From positions 2,357 to 66,356 of the forward strand of contig JAUSCZ010000029.1 of the NCBI GenBank assembly GCA_030674475.1: a stretch of 64,000 nucleotides of DNA, in the 5' to 3' direction. The notes below the pieces were generated by a model. That model was not told where the DNA came from, ran no database searches, and saw only the letters and a list, made by a program, of their open reading frames with translations. The translations under genes were made by a program, and so were the position numbers. Each line of letters opens with the position of its first letter. Position 1 is the stretch's first letter. The stretch comes from Candidatus Omnitrophota bacterium (GTDB taxonomy: Bacteria > Omnitrophota > Gorgyraeia > Gygaellales > UBA12090). Shown here one piece after another: positions 42,006-51,757 of this stretch.

Positions 42006-45000
42006 ATGACAATAAAACTTTCTGATAACGCGCTTAAGGTATTAGAAAGACGCTATCTTAAGAAAGACAAAGAAGGCAGGATAGTAGAAAGCCCGGAGGA
42101 GCTTTTTCGCCGGGTGGCTCACACTGTAGCCGCGGTGGAGAAGGCTTACGGCAGGAATGAGGCTCAGATCCGGGACCTGGAGAGTAAATTATATGATATG
42201 ATGGCCAACCTGGAATTTATGCCTAACTCTCCCACTCTGATGAATGCCGGAAGAGAGCTTTCTCAGCTGTCGGCTTGTTTTGTCCTTCCCATTGAGGATT
42301 CAATGGAGTCTATCTTTGAGAGCCTTAAGGCCACGGCGATGATCCACAAAAGCGGAGGAGGGACCGGTTTTTCTTTCTCTAAGCTCAGGGCTAAAAACAG
42401 TATGGTTCTTTCTACCGGAGGCATCGCCTCGGGACCGGTTTCCTTTATGAAGGTCTATGACGCCGCGACCCAGGCGGTCAAACAGGGCGGCACCCGGCGG
42501 GGGGCCAATATGGGTATATTAAGGATAGACCATCCGGATGTCCTGGAATTTATCCGGTGTAAGGAATCGGATAAAGACATAACCAATTTCAATATCTCAA
42601 TAGCGGTTACCGATGATTTTATGCGCAAGCTGGAAAAGGGCGAAGACTATGAACTGATTGACCCGCACACCAAAAAGCCGGTAAAGCGTCTTAATACCAA
42701 ATATGTCTTTGATTTGATTGTCAAGCAGGCCCATAAGAACGGCGAGCCAGGGGTAATCTTTATTGATAAAATAAATGCTAATAACCCCACCCCTAAATTA
42801 GGCGCCATTGAAAGCACTAACCCATGCGTAATAGGCGATACCTTGGTTTCCACGGAAAAAGGGTTGATTAAAATTAAAGATTTGGCTAATGATTATCCGC
42901 GAGGCGGAATAGATATTGCCACTGATGACAGGGTGGGTGATATTCTTTATGGTGAGCCAGAGCAAGGCGGCGGGGTTTCGACATTAACTGAAAAGAAGAC
43001 CGCCATTACTTTTAACCGGATTTCACAAGCATTTAAAACAGGAATAAAGCCGGTTTATAAGTTAATTACCGAATCAGGTTATGAGTTTACTGCTACTGCC
43101 GATCATAAGGTTATGACTCTTGAAGGCTGGGTGAGGTTTGAGGATCTAAAGCCAGGGACGCATAAAGTCCTTATTCAGTCTGAGGCTGGTAGATTTAATA
43201 CTGATTCAGCGCTTCCATTCGAAGTTGTGAATGAATATATAGGAGAAAATGGCAGAATATATAAGCTGAATCTGCCTTATAGCTGGTCAAAGGAATTAGG
43301 CCAAATTTTGGGGTGGTTGATTGGTGATGGATGGCTTAAGGATGATGAAAATTGCCGCGCAGGGTTTACCTTTAGCCAGGAAGACAAAGAAGTGCTGGAG
43401 TGTTTAAAGCCGGTTATTAATAATTTTTACGGGGCTGATATTAAAGAGACGCTTCGGGAAAATAATGTGTATCATCTTTCCTATCATAGCAAATATTTTG
43501 TGGAGTTTTTTAAGAACCTTGGCGTAAAGGCGGCGGTAAGCGAAGACAAGGAAGTGCCTTTGGCAATATTTACTGCTACTGGCGACGCGGTAATAGGATT
43601 TTTGCAGGGATTATTCAGCGCCGACGGTACGGTGGGATTTACAGAGAATAAAAACTCTTATATCAGACTGACCTCCAAATCCATAAAATTGCTTAAAGGA
43701 ACGCAATTACTGCTATTGAACTTTGGCATAAAATCAAAAATATATGATCGTTCGCGCCCCGCGCGGGAAGGTTTTGAATATATAACAAAAAATAATGAAA
43801 AACGGACATATAAACTTGACGGTAAACTTTTTGAACTTTCTATATCCAGGGAGGCGGTTATTTTATTTTTGGAAAGGATCGGCTTTTTATGCGATAAACA
43901 CTCAATAAAGATTGATAAATTGCTCTCTAAAGATTATTATCAGACTTCGTTCAGTGAGGATATTAAAACTATTGAGCCTTGTGGCGAAGAAGAAGTTTAT
44001 GACTTGACTGAGCCGGCCACTCATTCATTTATCGCTAGTGGTATTGTGATTTCAAATTGCGGGGAGCAGCCACTTTTGCCGTATGAGTCGTGCAATTTAG
44101 GCTCGATTAACTTAGAGCGGATGTTTATCAAGAAAGATACGGGTATTGAAATTGATTGGGAGAAATTAAAGAAGACCGCCCAGCTATCCGCGCATTTTCT
44201 GGATAACGTGATTGACGCCAATAAGTTTCCCCTGCCGGAAATTGAGAAAATGACCCGCCAGAACCGTAAAATCGGGCTGGGGGTAATGGGTTGGGCCAGC
44301 TTGCTTTGCCGCCTGGGTATCTCCTATGATTCTGAAGAGGCCATTTCTTTAGCTGAAAAAGTTATGTCTTGTATCCGGGAGGAAGCCAGGAAGAAATCCG
44401 AGGAACTTGCCCGCTTAAAAGGGCCTTTTCCCGCCTTTAAGGGAAGTATTTATGACCAGCCCAATGCTCAAAAACTGCGTAATGCCACTCTCACTACTAT
44501 CGCCCCCACCGGGACCATCAGCATTATTGCCGGGCCCTGTTCTTCCGGGATAGAGCCGCTTTTTGCCATATCTTATTACCGGATGGTAATGGATCAGGAT
44601 AAGCTGGTTGAGGCTGACCCGGTATTTGAGGAGATCGCTAAAGAGAGGGGATTTTATTCCCGGGAACTGATGGTTAAAATCGCCGAGAAAGGCTGTATTC
44701 AGGACATAGAGGAAATACCCCAGGAACTAAAAAAAGTTTTTGTGGTGGCCCATGATATTTCGCCGGAATGGCATATTAAGATGCAGGCGGCATTTCAGAA
44801 ATACACGGATAACGCCGCCTCTAAAACCATTAATATGCCTCATGAGGCAACCTTAGAAGATGTCCGGCAGGCCTATCTTCTGGCCTATAATTTAGGCTGT
44901 AAAGGGGTAACCGTGTATCGCGACAGGAGCCGGGAAGAACAGGTGTTAAATATTGAGCGTCCAGAAAAAAATCCTAAGAAGGAGGCAGCTGTGCAGGAGG

Positions 45001-45536
45001 AGAAAAAAAACGAACCCCATGATAAGATTGCCCCTCGCCCCCGGCCGGAGGTGGTGGTGGGAACCACTACTAAAGTAGCCACCGGATGCGGCAATCTTTA
45101 TGTAACCATAAATTCTGATGAAGAGGAAATGCCTTTTGAGGTTTTTACCCAGATGGGTAAGGCCGGAGGTTGCGCCGCCAGCCAGTTAGAGGCGATTGGC
45201 CGGTTGGTATCGCTTGCCTTTCGCTCCGGGATTGAGGTTAAGGTGATAATTGAGCAATTGCGCAATATTCGCTGCCCTTCGCCTTCCTGGGAAAAAGGGG
45301 TGCGGATCTTTTCTTGCGCCGACGCTATTGCCCGGGTGGTTGAGAAGAGGCTTTTGAATATCGGCACCGCGCACAAACACCGGGAGATTTCCTCCAAGGC
45401 CACTAAAGCCGAAGAGCATTTAATTGAACAGAATATTACTTCTGATATAATCGGAGTCTGTCCTGATTGCGGAGGAGCCCTTCGCCACGAAGAAAGCTGC
45501 GTCAAGTGCCAGTCTTGCGGATATTCTAAGTGCTAA
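42006..45536 (+). CDS. nrdJ: Class II (B12-dependent) ribonucleotide reductase with intein and C-terminal TSCPD/Zn-ribbon
   Basis: NSPTLMNAG, QLSACFV, GGTRRGANM, NP|CGEQ, TTIAPTGTIS, SKTIN, TGCG.LYVT, SCADAIA, CPDCG. Confidence 0.93.
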   Translation: MTIKLSDNALKVLERRYLKKDKEGRIVESPEELFRRVAHTVAAVEKAYGRNEAQIRDLESKLYDMMANLEFMPNSPTLMNAGRELSQLSACFVLPIEDSMESIFESLKATAMIHKSGGGTGFSFSKLRAKNSMVLSTGGIASGPVSFMKVYDAATQAVKQGGTRRGANMGILRIDHPDVLEFIRCKESDKDITNFNISIAVTDDFMRKLEKGEDYELIDPHTKKPVKRLNTKYVFDLIVKQAHKNGEPGVIFIDKINANNPTPKLGAIESTNPCVIGDTLVSTEKGLIKIKDLANDYPRGGIDIATDDRVGDILYGEPEQGGGVSTLTEKKTAITFNRISQAFKTGIKPVYKLITESGYEFTATADHKVMTLEGWVRFEDLKPGTHKVLIQSEAGRFNTDSALPFEVVNEYIGENGRIYKLNLPYSWSKELGQILGWLIGDGWLKDDENCRAGFTFSQEDKEVLECLKPVINNFYGADIKETLRENNVYHLSYHSKYFVEFFKNLGVKAAVSEDKEVPLAIFTATGDAVIGFLQGLFSADGTVGFTENKNSYIRLTSKSIKLLKGTQLLLLNFGIKSKIYDRSRPAREGFEYITKNNEKRTYKLDGKLFELSISREAVILFLERIGFLCDKHSIKIDKLLSKDYYQTSFSEDIKTIEPCGEEEVYDLTEPATHSFIASGIVISNCGEQPLLPYESCNLGSINLERMFIKKDTGIEIDWEKLKKTAQLSAHFLDNVIDANKFPLPEIEKMTRQNRKIGLGVMGWASLLCRLGISYDSEEAISLAEKVMSCIREEARKKSEELARLKGPFPAFKGSIYDQPNAQKLRNATLTTIAPTGTISIIAGPCSSGIEPLFAISYYRMVMDQDKLVEADPVFEEIAKERGFYSRELMVKIAEKGCIQDIEEIPQELKKVFVVAHDISPEWHIKMQAAFQKYTDNAASKTINMPHEATLEDVRQAYLLAYNLGCKGVTVYRDRSREEQVLNIERPEKNPKKEAAVQEEKKNEPHDKIAPRPRPEVVVGTTTKVATGCGNLYVTINSDEEEMPFEVFTQMGKAGGCAASQLEAIGRLVSLAFRSGIEVKVIIEQLRNIRCPSPSWEKGVRIFSCADAIARVVEKRLLNIGTAHKHREISSKATKAEEHLIEQNITSDIIGVCPDCGGALRHEESCVKCQSCGYSKC
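42825..44057 (+). mobile_element. Intein (411 aa) with LAGLIDADG homing endonuclease
   Basis: Starts CVIGDTLV, TADH block B, LGWLIGDG and FLQGLFSADG, VYDL..HSFIASGIVISN then CGEQ. Confidence 0.93.
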
Positions 45537-45602
45537 AAAACAGTTTATAGCCGATGGTTTATAGTTTATAGCTATCAACCATTAACTATCAACTACGAGC
45601 TA

Positions 45603-46886
45603 ATGAAGAAAATACTATATGTCGTTTTAGACGGTTTAGGGGATTTGCCGATTAAGGAATTAGGAGATAAAACTCCGTTAGAGGCGGCATTTACCCCCAA
45701 TATGGATAAGTTGGCCCAAAAGGGAAAGACCGGAATAGTTTATCCGGTGGCTAAGGGAATCGCCCCGGAATCGGATGTGGCGGTGATTTGCCTGTTGGGC
45801 TATGACGCCCATAAATATTATACCGGCCGCGGCCCCCTGGAATCGTATGCCGAGGGTTTAGAAATCCATGACGGCGATTTAGCGCTACGGGTTAATTTCG
45901 CCACTGTGGATAAAGACGGCAAAACTATTCTTGACCGCCGGGTGGGAAGAAACCTCACTACTGAGGAAGCCAAGGCATTGGCCCAGGAATTAAATTCCAA
46001 GGTAATCTTAAGCTCCGGAACCTTTGAATTTCGCAGTACTATCGGACACCGGGGGGTGTTGGTTATTCGCAGCCAGCGCGGCCGTTTATCCGGCTGGATT
46101 ACCAATCCCGACCCCGCTTATGGCCGGGAAGGGGTGTTTGGAATTGCCTTGGAGAAGTTTCCCAATACCATTCAGGAATCAAGGCCGGTTGAAGGCCATG
46201 AAAATGACCCTAAGGCAATTGAGGCGGCCAAGCTTCTTAATGAGTGGACCCAGAAAGCGCATCTGGTTTTGCAAGAAGCACAAACTAATAAAAGAAGAGC
46301 CGCTGAGAGCAAGATGGTGGGTAACGCCATTGTTTCCCGAGACGCGGGAGATTGTTTGCCAAAATTTCCTTCTTTCACGCAAGTCAATGGCTTAAGATTC
46401 GGTTCCTTTGTGCAGATGCCGGTTGAAAAAGGCATCGCCCTTTTAACCGGTATTGATGTGGTCAGCCTTCCTCTGTCAACCGGTAAGGATGAGGTGGATT
46501 ATCCTCTCTGGGCTGAAACTGCTTTAAAGAAAATTCAGGATTTTGACGGCCTGTATATTCATATTAAGGGACCGGATGAGCCGGCCCACGATGGGAATTT
46601 TAATAAAAAGAAAGAATCTATTGAGGCTATTGATAAATATTTCTTCGCGAATCTGCTTCCCGGGCTTTCCTTAAGCGATTGCATTATCGCCGTAACCGCG
46701 GACCACTCCACCCCTTGTAAATTAAAGGCCCATTCCGCCGACCCCGTGCCATTATTGGTTGCGGGAGGAAGCATTAAGCCCGACGGCTCATTGAGTTTCT
46801 CTGAGAAGACCGCCAGGTTAGGCTCGCTCGGCGAGATTACCGGCCGGGAAGTCCTCCCTCTCCTTGTAAAGGCCGCTAAAAAATAG
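45603..46886 (+). CDS. apgM: 2,3-BPG-independent phosphoglycerate mutase (ApgM-type, AlkP superfamily)
   Basis: VLDGLGD, TPLEAA.TPNMD, GRGPLE, HIKGPDEPAHDG, TADHSTP, HSADPVP. Confidence 0.88.
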   Translation: MKKILYVVLDGLGDLPIKELGDKTPLEAAFTPNMDKLAQKGKTGIVYPVAKGIAPESDVAVICLLGYDAHKYYTGRGPLESYAEGLEIHDGDLALRVNFATVDKDGKTILDRRVGRNLTTEEAKALAQELNSKVILSSGTFEFRSTIGHRGVLVIRSQRGRLSGWITNPDPAYGREGVFGIALEKFPNTIQESRPVEGHENDPKAIEAAKLLNEWTQKAHLVLQEAQTNKRRAAESKMVGNAIVSRDAGDCLPKFPSFTQVNGLRFGSFVQMPVEKGIALLTGIDVVSLPLSTGKDEVDYPLWAETALKKIQDFDGLYIHIKGPDEPAHDGNFNKKKESIEAIDKYFFANLLPGLSLSDCIIAVTADHSTPCKLKAHSADPVPLLVAGGSIKPDGSLSFSEKTARLGSLGEITGREVLPLLVKAAKK

Positions 46887-46947
46887 GGACACATCCCAAT
46901 TTTCTCCCTACTTAATAAAATGAAAATTGGGATGTGTCCCTATTTTT
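46879..46947. repeat. REP doublet (perfect 26-bp inverted repeat, 17-nt loop) upstream of RAYT
   Basis: AAAAATAGGGACACATCCCAATTTTC / GAAAATTGGGATGTGTCCCTATTTTT. Confidence 0.9.
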
Positions 46948-46950
46948 CTA

Positions 46951-46979
46951 TTGACATCTGATAATAAGGATGATAAATT
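46951..46979 (+). promoter_or_regulatory. Sigma70 promoter of RAYT, likely leaderless mRNA
   Basis: TTGACA-N17-TAAATT; ATG 6 nt after the -10; no RBS. Confidence 0.6.
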
Positions 46980-46985
46980 TTAAGT

Positions 46986-47672
46986 ATGCCGCGTATTGCA
47001 AGAGTCGTTGTCGCTGACTACCCCCACCATATAATCCAAAGAGGCAACAACCGCCAGATGGTATTTTTTGATGATACAGATAGGCAGTTGTATTTAAAAT
47101 TATTAAGAAAGTACAGCTTAGAATGTGGTTGTAGAATAAAAGCATACTGTCTTATGGATAACCACGTCCATCTTTTATTGGTTCCGCTTGAGAGCGAGTC
47201 GCTTGCTAAAACAATGCAAAAGCTGAGTTTAACCTTTACCCAATATATTAACAAAAAATATAAAAGGACAGGTAGGTTGTGGGAGTGTAGATTTCATTCT
47301 TGTTTGGTGGATAAAGAGACATATTTGTGGGCTGTAAGCAAATATATAGAGAGAAATCCAGTGCGCTCAGGAATTGCTGTTTACCCGCAGGAGTATAAGT
47401 GGTCGAGCGCGGGAATCAGCACGGCTTTAAATTATTTGGATAGCTGGATAGAGCCTGTTTGGAAAGACTATTTGGGAAGCAGAGAAGAGTATATCAAATT
47501 TTTAAATCAGTTGGAATCAGAAAAAGAGGTAGAAGGAATACAAAAAGCAGTTTTCAGCGGAAAGCCTATTGGCACAGAGCAGTTTATAGAGAGAATGTAT
47601 AAACAAGCAGGCATTAATATAGCAATTCGTTCGGTAGGAAGGCCAAGGAAAGAAAATGGGATGTGTCCCTAA
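46986..47672 (+). CDS. REP-associated tyrosine transposase (RAYT, Y1 HUH)
   Basis: MPRIAR, HIIQRGNNRQ, YCLMDNHVHLL (HUH), GRLWECRF, YIERNPV (catalytic Tyr), YKWSS; flanked by REPs. Confidence 0.92.
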   Translation: MPRIARVVVADYPHHIIQRGNNRQMVFFDDTDRQLYLKLLRKYSLECGCRIKAYCLMDNHVHLLLVPLESESLAKTMQKLSLTFTQYINKKYKRTGRLWECRFHSCLVDKETYLWAVSKYIERNPVRSGIAVYPQEYKWSSAGISTALNYLDSWIEPVWKDYLGSREEYIKFLNQLESEKEVEGIQKAVFSGKPIGTEQFIERMYKQAGINIAIRSVGRPRKENGMCP

Positions 47673-47675
47673 TTT
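47652..47675. repeat. REP arm overlapping the RAYT 3' end
   Basis: GAAAATGGGATGTGTCCCTAATTT, same family as 46922-46947. Confidence 0.85.
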
Positions 47676-48137
47676 AATTAGGAAGCCTTCGCAGGCAGCG
47701 GTTGACTCGGCATGGGCAATCCTAAAGGCAATAAGTTCTTTCTTGCCGAATACGGTAATGCCATAGGCGACTAAAATAAGTATCTTTTTTGCTTTGAGCG
47801 AGCCTTTGACTGAGATAGTAATTCCGTCCAGGAATAAGAATTGATATTCATCGAGCAATTTTCGTTGGTGGAATTCTTTAACTAGAGGATTCAGCCGCTT
47901 GGTGATTCTGAATACAGTGGAAGCTGAAAGGGTAGCGCTGAGTAATGGTTTTAACGCTCCGGCGACGTCTCTGGTGGATATTCCGCGCAGGAAAACATTG
48001 CAGATAATATCTTTAACCAGGCGGCGCAGGTGTTGATTAATATCTCCCCAGAAGTTCTTTTCCTGGCTGGATTGAAAAAAATCATTGACTCTTGCCCAAC
48101 GGCGTCTTAAACTACCTTCTGTAACAACGTATTGCAT
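47676..48137 (-). pseudogene. IS256-family (Mutator-like) transposase remnant
   Basis: GISTRDV, LSASTV.RIT, FLFLDG, LVAYGI...G.KELI, ES....GFL; truncated at the REP and much shorter than a full enzyme. Confidence 0.75.
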
Positions 48138-48428
48138 AAGGCGTATCCTTTCTGGTAAGGGCCCTGGTTAGGCCCGGGTTGATAAATTTCCAAACAGAAA
48201 GATAGGCCTTTTTTAATGCTATTGCAATAGAAAACGGTTTTTTGTTTCCCGGAGCTAAAAGATATACCCTTTATCTTGCGCCGGAGGCACGATCTTTTAT
48301 AGCCCCAGATAAAACCATTAACCGTTTATATCAATTTACACACAATCCAGTATACTACCCAACGCTCTTTTGTTTTGACATGAATCTGCTAAGGTGGTAT
48401 CATATTTATAAATTTAATGGAGGAAATA

Positions 48429-49004
48429 ATGAAAAAAACACTCTTCTCAGTACTTGTTTTAACTTTTTTTTCCTTAGCCCCAAATATATTCGCTGGAATA
48501 GAAGAACCTCACCCAACGCCAAGTGAATTATCGATTCCACCTGTTGAAGAACTCGCCAAACTTGATTACGGAACACCCATCACAATTAATTATGAACAAG
48601 CTATAAAGAAATACTGCGAAAATACCCTTAAAAACCCAGAAACTGCCATTTACAAATTTCAAGGAAGCCCACAAAAATATTGGTATCGTGAGATATTCTT
48701 TGAAAAAGATGGAGCGAGGTCAAAAATATATATGGGCTACGCCGTATTTGTTAAAATCGACTACAAGAACAAAATGGATAAGTTTGAGAGAGAATACGTT
48801 GGAGACCTACCATGGACTTTTATCTTTAGAGACAATGAAATAATTAAAGTCGCATCACCAGAAGAGACTAAAATGTGGGAAAAACATAATAAACATACAT
48901 ATCAAGAAACCAAAGAAAGAGAGAGTAATAGAAAGCCCGGTGGTCCAATACGACTATATTCATTAGTAGCTGCCTATGAGTGTGGCGGGAGAATAATTCC
49001 CTAA
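48429..49004 (+). CDS. Hypothetical exported protein
   Basis: GGAGG RBS, MKK signal peptide; A-rich composition unlike its neighbours. Confidence 0.7.
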   Translation: MKKTLFSVLVLTFFSLAPNIFAGIEEPHPTPSELSIPPVEELAKLDYGTPITINYEQAIKKYCENTLKNPETAIYKFQGSPQKYWYREIFFEKDGARSKIYMGYAVFVKIDYKNKMDKFEREYVGDLPWTFIFRDNEIIKVASPEETKMWEKHNKHTYQETKERESNRKPGGPIRLYSLVAAYECGGRIIP

Positions 49005-49186
49005 ACAAATAAGAATAAGTTCTAAATCTGCCCTACAATCAACAAAGTCTTCTCCTAACCACAAATTTCAAAATTGCAAGCAATTTAGTGGTCTAAAATT
49101 ACAAAAACCTTAGTTTTGAGCAACCCTCATATAGACGTAAAAAATGCTTATTTTCGTGCAAAAAAAGTGACACTTTTCGCTTTGAA

Positions 49187-51049
49187 ATGAGAACCGTCCC
49201 TATAGATATAATTGTTATTGGCGCGGGGCATGCGGGGATTGAGGCGGCATTGGCTTCGGCTCGGATTGGTTGTAAAACTCTTTTGGTTACGATGCGCTTA
49301 GACACTATCGGCCATATGAGCTGTAATCCGGCCATCGGCGGGGTAGGCAAAGGCCAATTAGTTAAGGAAATTGACGCCCTTGGCGGCGAGATGGCTAAGG
49401 CCGCGGATGGCTGCGGGATACAGTTTCGGATTTTAAACAGCTCCAAAGGCCCGGCAGTGCAGTCATCCCGGGCCCAGGAAGACCGGCACCGCTATAAAGC
49501 TTATATGCAGAAGGTAATAAAGGCGCAAAAGAATTTAAAGCTTAAAGCAGGTGAAGTTATAGAAATACTGGTAAAAGATGGTACAGCCTATGGAGTAAAG
49601 CTGAAAAACGGTGAAATTATTCAAGCTAGGGCAATAGTGGTTACTCCGGGGACATTCTTGAATGGGCTTATGCATATTGGGTTAGAGCATACTCCGGGTG
49701 GAAGAATTGGAGAAGCGCCATCAATAGACTTGGCAAATTCTCTCAAGAATTTAGGGTTTAATATCCTGCGTTTTAAAACCGGGACCTGCGCGCGATTAGA
49801 TTGCCGCAGTATAAATTTTAAGAAATTACAAGCCCAGGAAGGCGATAAAACCCCGCGGCCATTTTCCTTCTCTACCAAAAAGCTTAAATTAAGACAGGTT
49901 CCCTGCTATATCACCTATACCAATAAGAAAACCCACGAGATTATCCGCTCCGGCTTAGGCCGCTCTCCCCTTTATACCGGAAAAATCAAGGCTACCGGGG
50001 TGCGCTATTGCCCGTCAATTGAAGATAAAATAGTCAAATTTGCTGATAAAGAGCGCCATCAGATATTTTTGGAGCCGGAGGGACTAGATACTATTGAATA
50101 TTATCCTAACGGCGTATCTACCAGCCTACCTTTGGATATTCAGATAAAGATGCTCCATTCCATAGAGGGCCTAGAGGATGTGGAAATCACCAAGCCTGGT
50201 TATGGCATTGAGCATGATGTGGTTGACCCCTTAGAGCTTTATCCGACCTTAGAAACCAAACGCATCCGTAATCTCTATCTGGCCGGTCAAATTAACGGCA
50301 CCACCGGTTATGAAGAAGCCGGCGCTCAGGGTTTGATGGCCGGAATAAATGCCGCCTTAAAGGTCCAAGATAAGCCCGAGCTGGTCTTAGACCGTTCCAG
50401 TAGTTATATCGGAGTTTTGATTGATGATTTAACCACTAAAGGGACCAATGAACCGTACCGGATGTTTACCTCTCGGGTGGAATACCGTCTGGTTATCCGC
50501 GAGGATAACGCGGATTTAAGGCTGGCTGAATTTGGTTATCGCGTTGGCTTGATTCGAAGTAAGGATTTTAAAAAGACACAGACCAAACAAGCGCGGATTA
50601 AAGAGGGAATCAATTATTTAAAGAAAACAAGAATCAACCCATCGGATAAAATTAATAAATTGCTTACCCGATTACATACTTCCTGTTTGCAAAAAAGAGT
50701 AAGCCTTGAGGAGCTGTTGAAGCGCCCGGAAATAGATATGTGTGCTTTAGAAAGCCAGGATGATTTTAAATTTCCTAAGGATGTATCCCGGCAGATTGAG
50801 ATTGAGGTAAAATATGCCGGATTTATCCGGCGCCAGTTATCCGAGGTTGAGCGCTTTAAGAATCTAGAAAAGATAAAATTGCCTTTAGATTTTGATTATA
50901 GGACGATTCCCAGTTTATCCCGTGAAATCAGAGAGAAGCTTATGAAAGGTAAGCCTCTTACTTTGGGCCAGGCATCGCGTATTTCAGGAGTAACTCCGGT
51001 TGCGATTTCGGTGCTTATGATTTGGCTTAAAAAATTAGGCGGAAAATAA
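49187..51049 (+). CDS. mnmG: tRNA uridine-5-carboxymethylaminomethyl modification enzyme
   Basis: GAGHAGIEAA, MSCNPAIGG, RYCPSIEDK, AGQINGTTGYEEA, EPYRMFTSR. Confidence 0.97.
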   Translation: MRTVPIDIIVIGAGHAGIEAALASARIGCKTLLVTMRLDTIGHMSCNPAIGGVGKGQLVKEIDALGGEMAKAADGCGIQFRILNSSKGPAVQSSRAQEDRHRYKAYMQKVIKAQKNLKLKAGEVIEILVKDGTAYGVKLKNGEIIQARAIVVTPGTFLNGLMHIGLEHTPGGRIGEAPSIDLANSLKNLGFNILRFKTGTCARLDCRSINFKKLQAQEGDKTPRPFSFSTKKLKLRQVPCYITYTNKKTHEIIRSGLGRSPLYTGKIKATGVRYCPSIEDKIVKFADKERHQIFLEPEGLDTIEYYPNGVSTSLPLDIQIKMLHSIEGLEDVEITKPGYGIEHDVVDPLELYPTLETKRIRNLYLAGQINGTTGYEEAGAQGLMAGINAALKVQDKPELVLDRSSSYIGVLIDDLTTKGTNEPYRMFTSRVEYRLVIREDNADLRLAEFGYRVGLIRSKDFKKTQTKQARIKEGINYLKKTRINPSDKINKLLTRLHTSCLQKRVSLEELLKRPEIDMCALESQDDFKFPKDVSRQIEIEVKYAGFIRRQLSEVERFKNLEKIKLPLDFDYRTIPSLSREIREKLMKGKPLTLGQASRISGVTPVAISVLMIWLKKLGGK

Positions 51050-51051
51050 CA

Positions 51052-51747
51052 ATGCGAGAGAAGATTCTGATTGTGGAAGATGAGCCTGATATCGTTACGA
51101 TGCTGGAGTATAATCTTAAAAAAGAGGGCTTTCGCGTAACTAGCGCTTCTGACGGACAGGAAGCCTTAAGGCGGGCCGAAAGAGAACATCCGGACATTAT
51201 TATCCTGGATTTGATGCTTCCTGAGATTGACGGCCTTGAGGTATGCAAAACCTTAAAACAGTCTTCTAATACCGCGAATATTCCTATTATTATGCTCACC
51301 GCCAAGGCCCAGGAAGCGGATAAGATTGTGGGGCTTGAGCTGGGGGCGGATGATTATATTACCAAGCCGTTTAGTATCCGGGAGCTGAACGCGCGGGTTA
51401 AAGCGGTGCTTCGCCGGGTGAGAGAAAAAGAGAAACTGCCGGAGATTTTTAAAATAGGAAACCTGACCATTGATTTCTCCAAGATTAAAGTAACTATTGG
51501 GAATAAGCCGGTTGAGCTTACGGCTAAGGAATTTGAGTTGTTATCGGCTTTGATAAAGGCCAAGGGCCGGGTTTTGTCGCGGGATTATCTTCTGGATAAT
51601 ATCTGGGGTTTTGACCAGGCCGTTGAGATTCAAAGCCGCACGGTTGACGTGCATATCCAGACCCTGCGCAAGAAGCTAAAAACAGAAGCAAAACGCGTTG
51701 TTACCGTGAAAAACTACGGTTACCGTTTTGAGCAAGAAGAGGAGTAA
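51052..51747 (+). CDS. phoB: PhoB/PhoP-type OmpR family response regulator
   Basis: REC plus winged helix (RTVDVHI..LRKKL, GYRF); adjacent to phoR and pst genes. Confidence 0.85.
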   Translation: MREKILIVEDEPDIVTMLEYNLKKEGFRVTSASDGQEALRRAEREHPDIIILDLMLPEIDGLEVCKTLKQSSNTANIPIIMLTAKAQEADKIVGLELGADDYITKPFSIRELNARVKAVLRRVREKEKLPEIFKIGNLTIDFSKIKVTIGNKPVELTAKEFELLSALIKAKGRVLSRDYLLDNIWGFDQAVEIQSRTVDVHIQTLRKKLKTEAKRVVTVKNYGYRFEQEEE

Positions 51748-51757
51748 GAGAAACAAA

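Noticed and set aside
47517-48137. Intact 206-aa IS256 transposase
   Set aside because: The last ~50 aa are read-through into the REP and antisense RAYT; the DDE domain is incomplete.
48242-48526. 94-aa ORF
   Set aside because: Overlaps the better supported 48429 gene and its promoter region; no motifs.
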